64,000 nt of DNA, from the NCBI GenBank assembly GCA_964603935.1, contig CAZRWL010000001.1, positions 2,306 through 66,305 of the forward strand, written 5' to 3'. This document shows positions 20,154 to 29,233 of the stretch, one piece after another; position 1 is the first letter of the stretch; the number at the start of each line of letters is the position of its first letter. The notes under the pieces were generated by a model that did no database searches, was not told the DNA's origin, and saw only the letters and a program-made list of their open reading frames with translations. The position numbers were made by a program, and so were the translations under genes. This DNA comes from an uncultured Gammaproteobacteria bacterium (GTDB lineage Bacteria; Patescibacteriota; Microgenomatia; Levybacterales; UBA12049).

Positions 20154-20684
20154 ATGTCAAATAGTCTGCCCTCGATAAATTTAGTCCGAAATAAAAAAAT
20201 TCCCCTTATTGACAGGTTTATGGATTGGGCGCTAACAATAGGCCGTCTAATCGTAATCCTTACCGAAGTAATAGCGCTGTTAACTTTTCTTTATAGATTT
20301 TCTTTGGATGAAAAGCTTATCGATCTTCATTCTTTAATCAAGCAAAAACAAACCGTAATTTCATTTCAAAAACAAGATGAAGATAAATACAGAAACTTGC
20401 AGGACCGCATCGCCTTGGCCTCGGATTATTCGGAAAAAATTACCAAGACTAACAGGGTCATTTTGGACATTATTAATCTAATACCGCAGGGAATAAAAAT
20501 TAGCGATTTAAACTTTAATAAGGACAGAATAACTATAAATTTAGATATGGCTTCTGCCTCAATGCTGAAGAATTTCGTAAATCCTCTTAAGAACTACTCC
20601 GAAGTAAAATCCGTAAGCATCGACAGTATTGAAAAAAAACCGGATATCGGCCTTTTGGCTTCCGTAACAGTTATGCTTAAATAA
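20154..20684 (+). CDS. PilN-like type IV pilus assembly protein
   Basis: INL motif, TM, coiled coil, ferredoxin-like C-terminus; precedes the PilO-like gene. Confidence 0.65.
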   Translation: MSNSLPSINLVRNKKIPLIDRFMDWALTIGRLIVILTEVIALLTFLYRFSLDEKLIDLHSLIKQKQTVISFQKQDEDKYRNLQDRIALASDYSEKITKTNRVILDIINLIPQGIKISDLNFNKDRITINLDMASASMLKNFVNPLKNYSEVKSVSIDSIEKKPDIGLLASVTVMLK

Positions 20685-20689
20685 AAAAT

Positions 20690-21292
20690 ATGCAAGATAT
20701 AGACAAGGATATAATAAAGCTTAAATATTTCCGGACGCTGCCATATCTAAATCAGGAAAGAACACAAAAATTTTTTGGCATAACATTGACCATTCTTGCT
20801 TTAATGTTCTTTGGATTCTTTGCTGTTAATCCAACAATTTCAGCTATTTTAAAATTAAAAAAAGAAGTTGCGGACAGCGAATTTGTTTATAGTCAATTAG
20901 GCGATAAGCTAAAAAATTTAAGCCAATTAAGAAATCGATATGATAACCTTCAGAGCGACCTTAACGTCATAACGGACTCTATTCCAATAGAACCAAATGC
21001 ACATCTGCTCTTTGCGCAGATACAAACCATCGCCTTACAATCAAATATTAAAATAAAAACTCTTAACAATTACGAAGTAGAGGTAATCAAAAACAATAAA
21101 ATATCCGGGAAAAAGTATTATTCTTACTCTTTTAATATTTCGGGAGAGGGATCTTTTGAGAATATATCCAAATTTATTTCAGCTATTACGGGGATGCAAA
21201 GAATTATAAGCATTGACTCTTTTACGATAGTTGACAAAAACAGCCAGTCGTTAGGATTTACTATTCAAGGAACAACTTTTTTTAAAGAATAG
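20690..21292 (+). CDS. PilO-like type IV pilus assembly protein
   Basis: TM, coiled coil, GSFENISKFISAI..MQRIISIDSF. Confidence 0.75.
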   Translation: MQDIDKDIIKLKYFRTLPYLNQERTQKFFGITLTILALMFFGFFAVNPTISAILKLKKEVADSEFVYSQLGDKLKNLSQLRNRYDNLQSDLNVITDSIPIEPNAHLLFAQIQTIALQSNIKIKTLNNYEVEVIKNNKISGKKYYSYSFNISGEGSFENISKFISAITGMQRIISIDSFTIVDKNSQSLGFTIQGTTFFKE

Positions 21293-21296
21293 GAAT

Positions 21297-21557
21297 ATGA
21301 AGAAAGCAGATGTTTTAATAATTTTAATTTTATTATTTGCTGTTGTTTCAGCCTGGATTATTTCCAATATCTACCATAGCGCAACAAGCTCAACGATATC
21401 CGAAGCTCTCAACAAAAACATATTGCCTATTGATCCAACTTTTAACGAAAACGCAATTAACAGTCTTAAGCAGAGACAAAAAATAGATCCCTCTTTCGAA
21501 CTGAAAAACGAAACGGAGGCGCCAACAGCATCCCAAGCAGGAGAACAAGCATTATGA
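21297..21557 (+). CDS. Small single-TM hypothetical protein
   Basis: 86-aa ORF in operon context. Confidence 0.65.
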   Translation: MKKADVLIILILLFAVVSAWIISNIYHSATSSTISEALNKNILPIDPTFNENAINSLKQRQKIDPSFELKNETEAPTASQAGEQAL

Positions 21558-22897
21558 AAAATAAATTATTCAACAAAAGAATTCCGACTATTTTTGGCAT
21601 TGGCTTTGTAATATTGGGAATAGCATTAACGGCTATTGTTGCCAATAATCAAACCGGTCTTAAAAGTAAGGCTTCAAATTCGCAAAACCCTCAAGACATA
21701 AAAATTACTAACTTATCAGACAAATCTTTTACCATAACATATCAAACAGACGCTGTTGTTACAGGCTCCGTTAATTATGGCAGAGATAAAAACTTAGGCA
21801 ACATGGAATTAGAAGATTTGGATAAGGAGAAAGGGAATTTCTCTCCTAAGAATATTCATAGTATAACGGTAAAAAAACTGCTGCCTAAAACAAAATATAA
21901 TCTCGTTATAATTTCCGGCCAGAATACATTCCTAGATAATGGGTCGCCATTCAGAATAACAACTGCCCCAAATATTGCCTCCCCATCAGCAGGACAATAT
22001 ACGGTAAAAGGGAAAGTTTTACTGCCTAACGGAAATCCTCCCGATGAAGCGCTTGTTTATTTACGCACGCAAAATTCACAGCTTTTGTCCGCTCCTGTTG
22101 CGAAAAACGGAGAATTTGATTTTTCTTTAAAATCTTTGCGATCTGAAAATTTTACATCCTATTTAGATTTAAATGAAAATACGGTTTTAGAGATCACGGC
22201 TGTTGCTAGCGGATCTTTGAAGTCATCTGTTTTAACCTCTTTGAACAAAAAAGATTCTATGCCAACAATAACGTTGTCCAACAATTATGATTTCACGAGC
22301 GATATTGCTCCCATTGCTTCTCAATCAGGGGAAGAAAAATCTTCAGGCTTCCCTACTATTGCCCCCAAAGAAACAGGTCTTACCCCCCAAATTTTAACTC
22401 CTAAAGAAAATCAATCTTTTACCAACCAACAGCCTCAATTTCAGGGAAAAAGCTTACCTAACGAAAAAGTAGAAATTATAATTCATTCAGATGAAAATAT
22501 ACAAATTCAAATAACAGCAGACAGTAACGGTAATTGGACGTACCAGCCTCCAAATAATCTTTCTCCGGGAGCACATACGATAACTATAAAAACCCGCGAC
22601 TCCTCCGGGATACTAAAGACTTTAACGCAATCATTTATTGTTTTCGCCGCAGAAACAACTCCCCCTACCCTACAACCTATTCCAACCCTACAACCTTCTC
22701 CCACAGTTATTCTAATGCCAATTACCGCTCCAGCATTTAGCCCAACTCCCATTCCATTCGCAATTCTTCCACCTATGACATCGAAAGACGGTCTTCCGCC
22801 AACAGGAAGCTCTACCTTAACACCGCTGACTATCGGAGGCGTTATCGCAACTATAGCAGGAATAGCATTATTTTTAATAACGCGCTCTATGTTATGA
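21554..22897 (+). CDS. Surface protein with FN3 and Ig-like domains and LPPTG plus TM tail
   Basis: PQDIKITNLSDKSFTI (FN3), ADSNGNWTY..LSPGAHTITI (Big), LPPTG + TM. Confidence 0.78.
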   Translation: MKNKLFNKRIPTIFGIGFVILGIALTAIVANNQTGLKSKASNSQNPQDIKITNLSDKSFTITYQTDAVVTGSVNYGRDKNLGNMELEDLDKEKGNFSPKNIHSITVKKLLPKTKYNLVIISGQNTFLDNGSPFRITTAPNIASPSAGQYTVKGKVLLPNGNPPDEALVYLRTQNSQLLSAPVAKNGEFDFSLKSLRSENFTSYLDLNENTVLEITAVASGSLKSSVLTSLNKKDSMPTITLSNNYDFTSDIAPIASQSGEEKSSGFPTIAPKETGLTPQILTPKENQSFTNQQPQFQGKSLPNEKVEIIIHSDENIQIQITADSNGNWTYQPPNNLSPGAHTITIKTRDSSGILKTLTQSFIVFAAETTPPTLQPIPTLQPSPTVILMPITAPAFSPTPIPFAILPPMTSKDGLPPTGSSTLTPLTIGGVIATIAGIALFLITRSML

Positions 22898-22898
22898 T

Positions 22899-24548
22899 AT
22901 GCAAGTCTTTGTTAAAAACCACAAATTGTTATTTTATTTGCTTTTATTAACCGCTGTTGGCGGATTTTTTCGCTTTTATAATCTTGATTGGGATAATGGC
23001 AATTTTTTCCATCCGGACGAGAGAAATATATCCAATGCAGTTTCAAGAATTAAATTTTTCTCTCAATTAAATCCTGATTTTTTCGCGTATGGGGGATTTT
23101 TGATCTATTTATACAGGATAACAGGAGATATTTTGTATAAGATTACAAATAATTCTAATTGGGTTTATGACTGGGGACACATAAATATTATTGGAAGATT
23201 TTACTCCGCTTTATTCTCTACAATAACTATTCCTTTAGTTTTTTTTCTGGCTAAAAATATTTTTAATAAATATACCGCAATGATAGCAGCCGCGCTAACT
23301 GCTTTTACTGTTTCTTTTATCCAGATTTCTCATTTCAGCATTACGGAAAATCTCTTAACACTGATGGCTGTTTTAATTTGCTTTCTTGCTGTCAAATTAT
23401 TAGAAACAGGAAAGCTTATAAATTATATTTTATGTGCGATTGCAATCGGCATTGCTGCTGCAACCAAAACAACAGCTTTATCTTTTATAATATTTCCTTT
23501 AATTGCTCATTTCCTATCTATTACAAAACAGCCATATAATTTCATAAAGAGAGTTTGCTTTTTATTTGTCTTTTTATTAACAAGCTTTATTATCTTCAGT
23601 ATCTTATCTCCCTACACCTTTATAAAGTGGGATAAATTTATGGAGTCGATGAAATACGAATCGGGCGTAGCTTTAGGAACTCTCCCCGTCCCTTATACTC
23701 TTCAATTTACCAATACATCCCCTTATCTTTTTCAGCTTCAAAATTTCTTATGGCAATTGGGCCCAATTTCTTATTTACTAATTCCTTCTTTTATTCTATT
23801 TGTATTTCTTGCTATAAAAACAAGGAATCCCAAATTTATTTTGTTCATCTCTTTCCCTTTAATTTATTTTTTATATGTCGGTTATTGGCATACGAAATTT
23901 ATTAGATTTATGCTTCCGATTTTTCCTTTCATAATTATATTAATAAGCTATTCTCTATTTGCATTGCAAAAGAAAACTAAAACCTTGGGAAAACTCTTTC
24001 TTATTATTTCCATTCTCTCCTCAATTATTTGGGCTCTCGCATTTTTCTCAATCTACACAAAAGAGCAAACCAGAATTAATGCTTCTAAATGGATATATGA
24101 AAATATTCCAGACGGAAGCAAAATCCTAGGAGAACATTGGGATGATGGATTACCCACTACGATAGGCTCTTCTTATCCAAGTAAATACAATATTGAACAG
24201 CTAACTATTTACGAACCGGACAATCAAGCAAAAATTGATTATTATGTAAAAAAATTATCCTCTGCCGATTATATTATCATTAACAGCAAAAGACTTTACG
24301 GAACATTAATTAATCTACAGGATAAATACCCCATAACAAGCCGCTATTATAAATTATTATTTAACGGCAGATTGGGATATGAAAAAATTAAAGAATTTAA
24401 GTCCTACCCCTCAATCTTTGGCTTTGAAATAAACGATGATGCAAGCGAAGAAACCTTCCAAGTCTACGACCACCCAAAAGTAATGGTATTTAAAAATACT
24501 GCTTACCTCTCAGGAAAACAATTAGCTGAAATACTCCAAACAAAGTAG
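22899..24548 (+). CDS. GT-C (PMT/ArnT-like) membrane glycosyltransferase
   Basis: FHPDER, GRFYSALF, EHWDD, EETFQVYDHPKV; many TMs. Confidence 0.82.
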   Translation: MQVFVKNHKLLFYLLLLTAVGGFFRFYNLDWDNGNFFHPDERNISNAVSRIKFFSQLNPDFFAYGGFLIYLYRITGDILYKITNNSNWVYDWGHINIIGRFYSALFSTITIPLVFFLAKNIFNKYTAMIAAALTAFTVSFIQISHFSITENLLTLMAVLICFLAVKLLETGKLINYILCAIAIGIAAATKTTALSFIIFPLIAHFLSITKQPYNFIKRVCFLFVFLLTSFIIFSILSPYTFIKWDKFMESMKYESGVALGTLPVPYTLQFTNTSPYLFQLQNFLWQLGPISYLLIPSFILFVFLAIKTRNPKFILFISFPLIYFLYVGYWHTKFIRFMLPIFPFIIILISYSLFALQKKTKTLGKLFLIISILSSIIWALAFFSIYTKEQTRINASKWIYENIPDGSKILGEHWDDGLPTTIGSSYPSKYNIEQLTIYEPDNQAKIDYYVKKLSSADYIIINSKRLYGTLINLQDKYPITSRYYKLLFNGRLGYEKIKEFKSYPSIFGFEINDDASEETFQVYDHPKVMVFKNTAYLSGKQLAEILQTK

Positions 24549-24572
24549 TACAATAGGTTTTATCCTAAGATT

Positions 24573-25121
24573 ATGAATGTTGGATTTGATTTGGACAGGA
24601 TATTTATACACAGTCCTCCTTTTGTTCCAGGAAAAATTGTTGACAGATTTTACAAAGGGAAACAAGATGGAAAACTAAAATATCGTATCCCCGGACGACT
24701 TGAGAAATTGATGAGAATTTTCAGCCATCATTCAATCTTCCGGCCGCCAATTGTCAAAAATGTGAATTATGTTAAAAATTTAGCATTAGCAAATACCCAT
24801 AAGTATTATCTTATCTCAAGCAGATTTAACTTCTTAAAGAAGAGAACCTCCAAGCTTATTCAACGTTATGAATTAGACAGAATATTTAATGCAATGTATT
24901 TCAATTATTCAGACGATCAACCGCATAATTTTAAAAATAAAGTAGTAGAAGAACTAAAATTGGACATGTATGTTGATGATGATTTGCAGCTTTTGAGACA
25001 CTTAGCAAGTAATAATTCCAAAACCAAATTTTTCTGGTTTAATAAAAAAATAAATCAAAAATTATCAAACAATCTCTTCGCCATTAGCAATCTTTCCGAA
25101 ATATTCCTAAACAAAGACTAA
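24573..25121 (+). CDS. HAD-superfamily hydrolase-like protein
   Basis: VGFDLD, ISSR, K..., DMYVDD. Confidence 0.65.
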   Translation: MNVGFDLDRIFIHSPPFVPGKIVDRFYKGKQDGKLKYRIPGRLEKLMRIFSHHSIFRPPIVKNVNYVKNLALANTHKYYLISSRFNFLKKRTSKLIQRYELDRIFNAMYFNYSDDQPHNFKNKVVEELKLDMYVDDDLQLLRHLASNNSKTKFFWFNKKINQKLSNNLFAISNLSEIFLNKD

Positions 25122-25125
25122 ATCC

Positions 25126-27477
25126 ATGAATTTTTCCGACTTTTTATCCGTTGTGCAATGGTGGACAGTAATTTTTATTATTGGAGCTATTTTTATTCCA
25201 ATAACGAATTTAATTCTTTCAAATTTTTTTGACAAAGGCTATATTTTTTCAAAAATTATAGGGACAGCTGCAATAAGTTACGCTGTTTTTGTTCTCGGAT
25301 TTTTAAAAATCCTCCCCTTCACTCAAGCAACAATCTTTATTGTAATTGCCTTATTTGCAGGTATAAATATACTAATTTTCAAAAAAAAAATAAAGTTAGC
25401 AATTAAACAATTTGACAATGAAGCAATTAAAATAATTATCTTCGAAGAGGCTCTTTTTTTGGGAGTTCTATTTTTCTGGTCTTTTATTCACGCTCATCAG
25501 CCAGACATTCATGGTTTGGAAAAATACATGGATTACGGATTTATTAATTCGATATTGAGAGCCAAATATTTCCCGCCTCTAGATATGTGGTTTACTCCAT
25601 TCTCAATTAATTATTATTATTTCGGCCATTTAGTTACAGCCGTGCTAACAAAATTGTCCCTCCTTCCCTCACCAATTACTTTTAACCTAATGCTCTCGAC
25701 AATTTCTGCGCTATCTTTTGTTTCCGCTTTCTCAATCGGAGCTAATCTTTTCAAGATTTTAATGAACAAGGGACGGGTGGCAAAAGAGGAAGGGCTCCCG
25801 ACCCCACTTCGCTTGAAAGCTTCGAGGGGCAAAACAACGCTAGAGTCAGCGGGCTTGCCAGCCGTAGCTTTAGCGAAGGTTGGAGGGAAACTTTTGACAG
25901 GACCCGTCCTCGCAGGACTTTTGACGGCATTTATTTTAAACTTTGCGGGAAATTTACATACCCTGCATCTATTCTTTAAGCCTTATCTTAATGAAAATCC
26001 TGTGCCTTTTTGGAATTTAATATTCTCCCCCCAAACATTCCCCAATAATTATTGGTATCCAAATGCAACGCGTTTTATTGAAAATACGATCCACGAATTT
26101 CCCATTTATTCCTCTGTTGTTTCCGATCTTCACGGCCACTTCCTGGATCTCCCTTTTGTTTTACTAACAATAGCCATTCTCTTATCGCTAGTACTAAAAT
26201 CGCAAATCACAAATCACAAATCACAAATAAACCTTAATGTTCAAAATTCAAAACGTTTTGGATTTTTTAATTTTAGAAATTTGAATTTATTTGGAACTTG
26301 GAATTTTGAATTTAGAATTTTATTGCTGGCATTTTTGCTGGCAATAATGTATATGACGAATGCTTGGGACGGAATAATCTATTTCATACTAGCTACTCTT
26401 ATTATTGGCTATACTATTCTAAAATCACTAATTAATCCTTCAGAAATTAAAAATGCAAAATTCAAAAATTTTATTACTTTATTTATTCCCAAGATTTTAT
26501 TATTAGGATTCTTCTTTTTTCTATTCTCTCTACCCTTTAATTTAAATTTCAAGCCTTTTGCTTCCGCAATTGGCATACTTTGCGCGCCGGATTTCTTAGT
26601 GCGTTTGGAAAAATTCGGACCTTTCATTTTTGAAGCGAATCATTGCCAGCACTCTCCCGTATGGCAGTTATTTATTCTTTATGGCTTCTTTTACTTTTGG
26701 GTAGTTTCGTTCGTTATATTTCTTTTTAAAAATTTAAAAACAAAAATTGAAAATTTATCAGTATCCGATATATTCGTTGGAATTCTGATAATATTATCTA
26801 CCCTGCTTATTATTATCCCTGAATTTATCTATGTAAAAGATATTTATCCCGCGCACTACCGCGCCAATACGATGTTCAAGCTCGTTTATGAATCCTTCAT
26901 TATGCTTTCGTTAGCCTCGGGCTACATCGTAATAAGAATAATTAATAGTTTCAAATTTGTTTATTTGTTTATTGGCAGTATTGGATTATTCCTCGTAATG
27001 GTCTATCCTTATTTTGCGATTAAATCTTATTTTGGAGATTTAAAGGCTTACTCCGGACTTAATGGAACAAACTACCTTAAGCCGCTTTATCCTCAGGACT
27101 ACGATGCTATTTTATGGATAAATAAAAATATCAAAGGACAACCTGTAATTTTGGAAGCTCAAGGCGACTCGTACACGGATTATGGACGTATATCTACTAA
27201 TACCGGATTGCCGACAGTTTTGGGCTGGACTGTTCACGAATGGCTTTGGCGCGGCGCCTATGATATTCCAGCCCCAAGAATTGCGGAAATCGCAGAAATG
27301 TATGAGTCTAAAAACCCTAAGGAAACAAAAAAATTATTAAAAAAATATAACGTATCGCTTGTATTTTTGGGCGACCTTGAACGGCAAAAATATCTCAATC
27401 TTAACGAAGAGAAATTTAACTCATTTGGAAAAATAATTTACCAAAACAACCAGACAAAAATTTACAAAATTAATTAG
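25126..27477 (+). CDS. DUF2298/YYY membrane protein (putative GT-C) with two large in-frame repeat inserts
   Basis: EKYMD, INYYYFGH, TIHEFP, DLHGH, NAWD, RANTMFK, GLPTVLGW..HEWLWR. Confidence 0.85.
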   Translation: MNFSDFLSVVQWWTVIFIIGAIFIPITNLILSNFFDKGYIFSKIIGTAAISYAVFVLGFLKILPFTQATIFIVIALFAGINILIFKKKIKLAIKQFDNEAIKIIIFEEALFLGVLFFWSFIHAHQPDIHGLEKYMDYGFINSILRAKYFPPLDMWFTPFSINYYYFGHLVTAVLTKLSLLPSPITFNLMLSTISALSFVSAFSIGANLFKILMNKGRVAKEEGLPTPLRLKASRGKTTLESAGLPAVALAKVGGKLLTGPVLAGLLTAFILNFAGNLHTLHLFFKPYLNENPVPFWNLIFSPQTFPNNYWYPNATRFIENTIHEFPIYSSVVSDLHGHFLDLPFVLLTIAILLSLVLKSQITNHKSQINLNVQNSKRFGFFNFRNLNLFGTWNFEFRILLLAFLLAIMYMTNAWDGIIYFILATLIIGYTILKSLINPSEIKNAKFKNFITLFIPKILLLGFFFFLFSLPFNLNFKPFASAIGILCAPDFLVRLEKFGPFIFEANHCQHSPVWQLFILYGFFYFWVVSFVIFLFKNLKTKIENLSVSDIFVGILIILSTLLIIIPEFIYVKDIYPAHYRANTMFKLVYESFIMLSLASGYIVIRIINSFKFVYLFIGSIGLFLVMVYPYFAIKSYFGDLKAYSGLNGTNYLKPLYPQDYDAILWINKNIKGQPVILEAQGDSYTDYGRISTNTGLPTVLGWTVHEWLWRGAYDIPAPRIAEIAEMYESKNPKETKKLLKKYNVSLVFLGDLERQKYLNLNEEKFNSFGKIIYQNNQTKIYKIN
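25771..25909. mobile_element. Composite GC-rich palindromic element inserted in frame
   Basis: Outer GGACGGGT/ACCCGTCC and CAAAAG/CTTTTG arms enclose hairpins at 25802-25829 and 25858-25883. Confidence 0.75.
26196..26320. repeat. Opposed heptamer arrays inserted in frame
   Basis: AAATC(G/A)C x4 ... TTGGAAC-TTGGAAT-TTTGAAT-TTAGAAT; encodes KSQITNHKSQI...GTWNFEFRI. Confidence 0.7.
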
Positions 27478-28540
27478 AGGGAATTTCTGGAACATGACAA
27501 TTGCCGACTGTTATTTCACAAGCGACAAACTTCTGGATCTCTGAAAAATTATCGTTCCCAACTCTTGGAATTAAAACCCACTGATTTTCATAAACTGAAG
27601 ATATTGGAGGATTTACCAAAAGACCGGGTCTCTCTTCCTGATTGTCTCCGTAATCCAATACAGCGCTTTCTATTTTCGCTTCTCTCATTTTATTTGCAAG
27701 CTTTATGAAATCATCTATTTCCCCCTCTTTTATATTTGTGTCTATACTGCCTTTCAAAGCTCCATAGACACTAACTATTTTTGCCGGATTAAGTAAAAAA
27801 TTTATGGAAAAAATTTTATCTTTCACTGCCTTTATTACCTGTTCCTGTCTTTTGGATCGTGCGAAATCCGTTCCATTTGATCCTTCCGCATGTCTGGATC
27901 TCACAAATTCAAGAGCTGCTTCTCCGTCTATATGGGTAACTCCCTTATCAAAATGCAGATGTTTGTACCTGCAGATAAATTTTTCCTGAATCTCTATTTC
28001 GGCAGAAATGGTAGCAACAAACGTCCCAATATCTTCATCGGAATATCCACAGGAATCATTTTCTCTTCCTGCTATGGGATACTTATAGTCATCAAAAGTG
28101 CTTTGAACATCAATGTCTATACCCCCAAGAATATCTAGAGTTTTGACAAAGCCGTCAAAATCAATTTTCACCGTATAGTCAATTGCATGCCCTATTACCT
28201 TCTTGACAACTGCGTTAGATAGCAAAATTCCCCCGCCCTTTTGTTTTGCTTCGGCTGTGGAATACGCAGTGTTAATTCTGGCATTTAAGTCGGTTATCCA
28301 TAAATCTCTTGGAACAGAAACCAGAGTGACTTTGTTATTTTCAGGATCAAGGCTTGCAAAAATCATAGTGTCTGTTAAATCAGGTCCTTGATGAATACCT
28401 CCTCCAACCCCTAACAAAAGAATGTTAATTCTGTCTTGAGTTTTCTTAAGGTCTATATTTTTATTGAAAGCCGTTTCTCCGACTTTCCCAAGAAATATCA
28501 AAAATAAAATTGAAAAAATTATCAATATTTTTTTATGCAT
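27470..28540 (-). CDS. LCP (LytR-CpsA-Psr) family cell-wall ligase
   Basis: INILLLG, TDTMI, SVPRDLW, RINTAY, ALEFVRSRH, DFARSKRQ. Confidence 0.92.
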   Translation of the reverse strand: MHKKILIIFSILFLIFLGKVGETAFNKNIDLKKTQDRINILLLGVGGGIHQGPDLTDTMIFASLDPENNKVTLVSVPRDLWITDLNARINTAYSTAEAKQKGGGILLSNAVVKKVIGHAIDYTVKIDFDGFVKTLDILGGIDIDVQSTFDDYKYPIAGRENDSCGYSDEDIGTFVATISAEIEIQEKFICRYKHLHFDKGVTHIDGEAALEFVRSRHAEGSNGTDFARSKRQEQVIKAVKDKIFSINFLLNPAKIVSVYGALKGSIDTNIKEGEIDDFIKLANKMREAKIESAVLDYGDNQEERPGLLVNPPISSVYENQWVLIPRVGNDNFSEIQKFVACEITVGNCHVPEIPSN

Positions 28541-29198
28541 TTTTTATAATTTCCAAAAATTCTAAGACACCAAGACTTGCTGTTCCAACCCCTACGCCGT
28601 CTATATGAGGCATTGCGGTAAAAGATGATACATTTCCGGGATTCACGCTCCCGCCATACAAAACAACTTTTACGGGATTGTTACTCTTTGTAAATTCAGC
28701 AACTTCATTGGCATTACGAGGATTATCCGGAATGCCCGTACCAATTGCCTCTATTGGCTCGTATAGCACAATATCTGTATTTTTGGGTACAAACGTATTT
28801 CTGCTTTGAATGCAAAAAATTGAAATTAAATTATTGGCTTTGGCTAAATTAACTTTACGTTCCAACATCTCATCGTTTTCTAAAAAATTTTTTCTTCTTT
28901 CGGAATGTCCAATAATTACATAGTCCGCTAATTCCTTTATTTGCTTTGCGTTGATTTCGCCGGTATACGCTCCTTCACTAAAAGGCGAGATGTTTTGCGC
29001 TCCCAGCTTTATATTCAATTTGTGATTTAAGATATAAGATTTAAGAATGGGAAGAAGCGTAAAAGGCGGACAAATAATGATTTCCTTCCCTGAAATTGAA
29101 AATTGAAAATTGAAAATTGAAAATTTATGGAGCCAATCTTTAGCTTCAGATTCGGTTTTATTGGACTTCCAATTGGCAATAATATAGAGTTTTTTCAT
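28533..29198 (-). CDS. tpiA: Triosephosphate isomerase
   Basis: ANWK, GAYTGE, IIGHSERR, YEPIEAIGTG, YGGSV. Confidence 0.95.
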   Translation of the reverse strand: MKKLYIIANWKSNKTESEAKDWLHKFSIFNFQFSISGKEIIICPPFTLLPILKSYILNHKLNIKLGAQNISPFSEGAYTGEINAKQIKELADYVIIGHSERRKNFLENDEMLERKVNLAKANNLISIFCIQSRNTFVPKNTDIVLYEPIEAIGTGIPDNPRNANEVAEFTKSNNPVKVVLYGGSVNPGNVSSFTAMPHIDGVGVGTASLGVLEFLEIIKNA

Positions 29199-29233
29199 GC
29201 TATAATTACAAAGCCGCGGATTTATTATACGCT

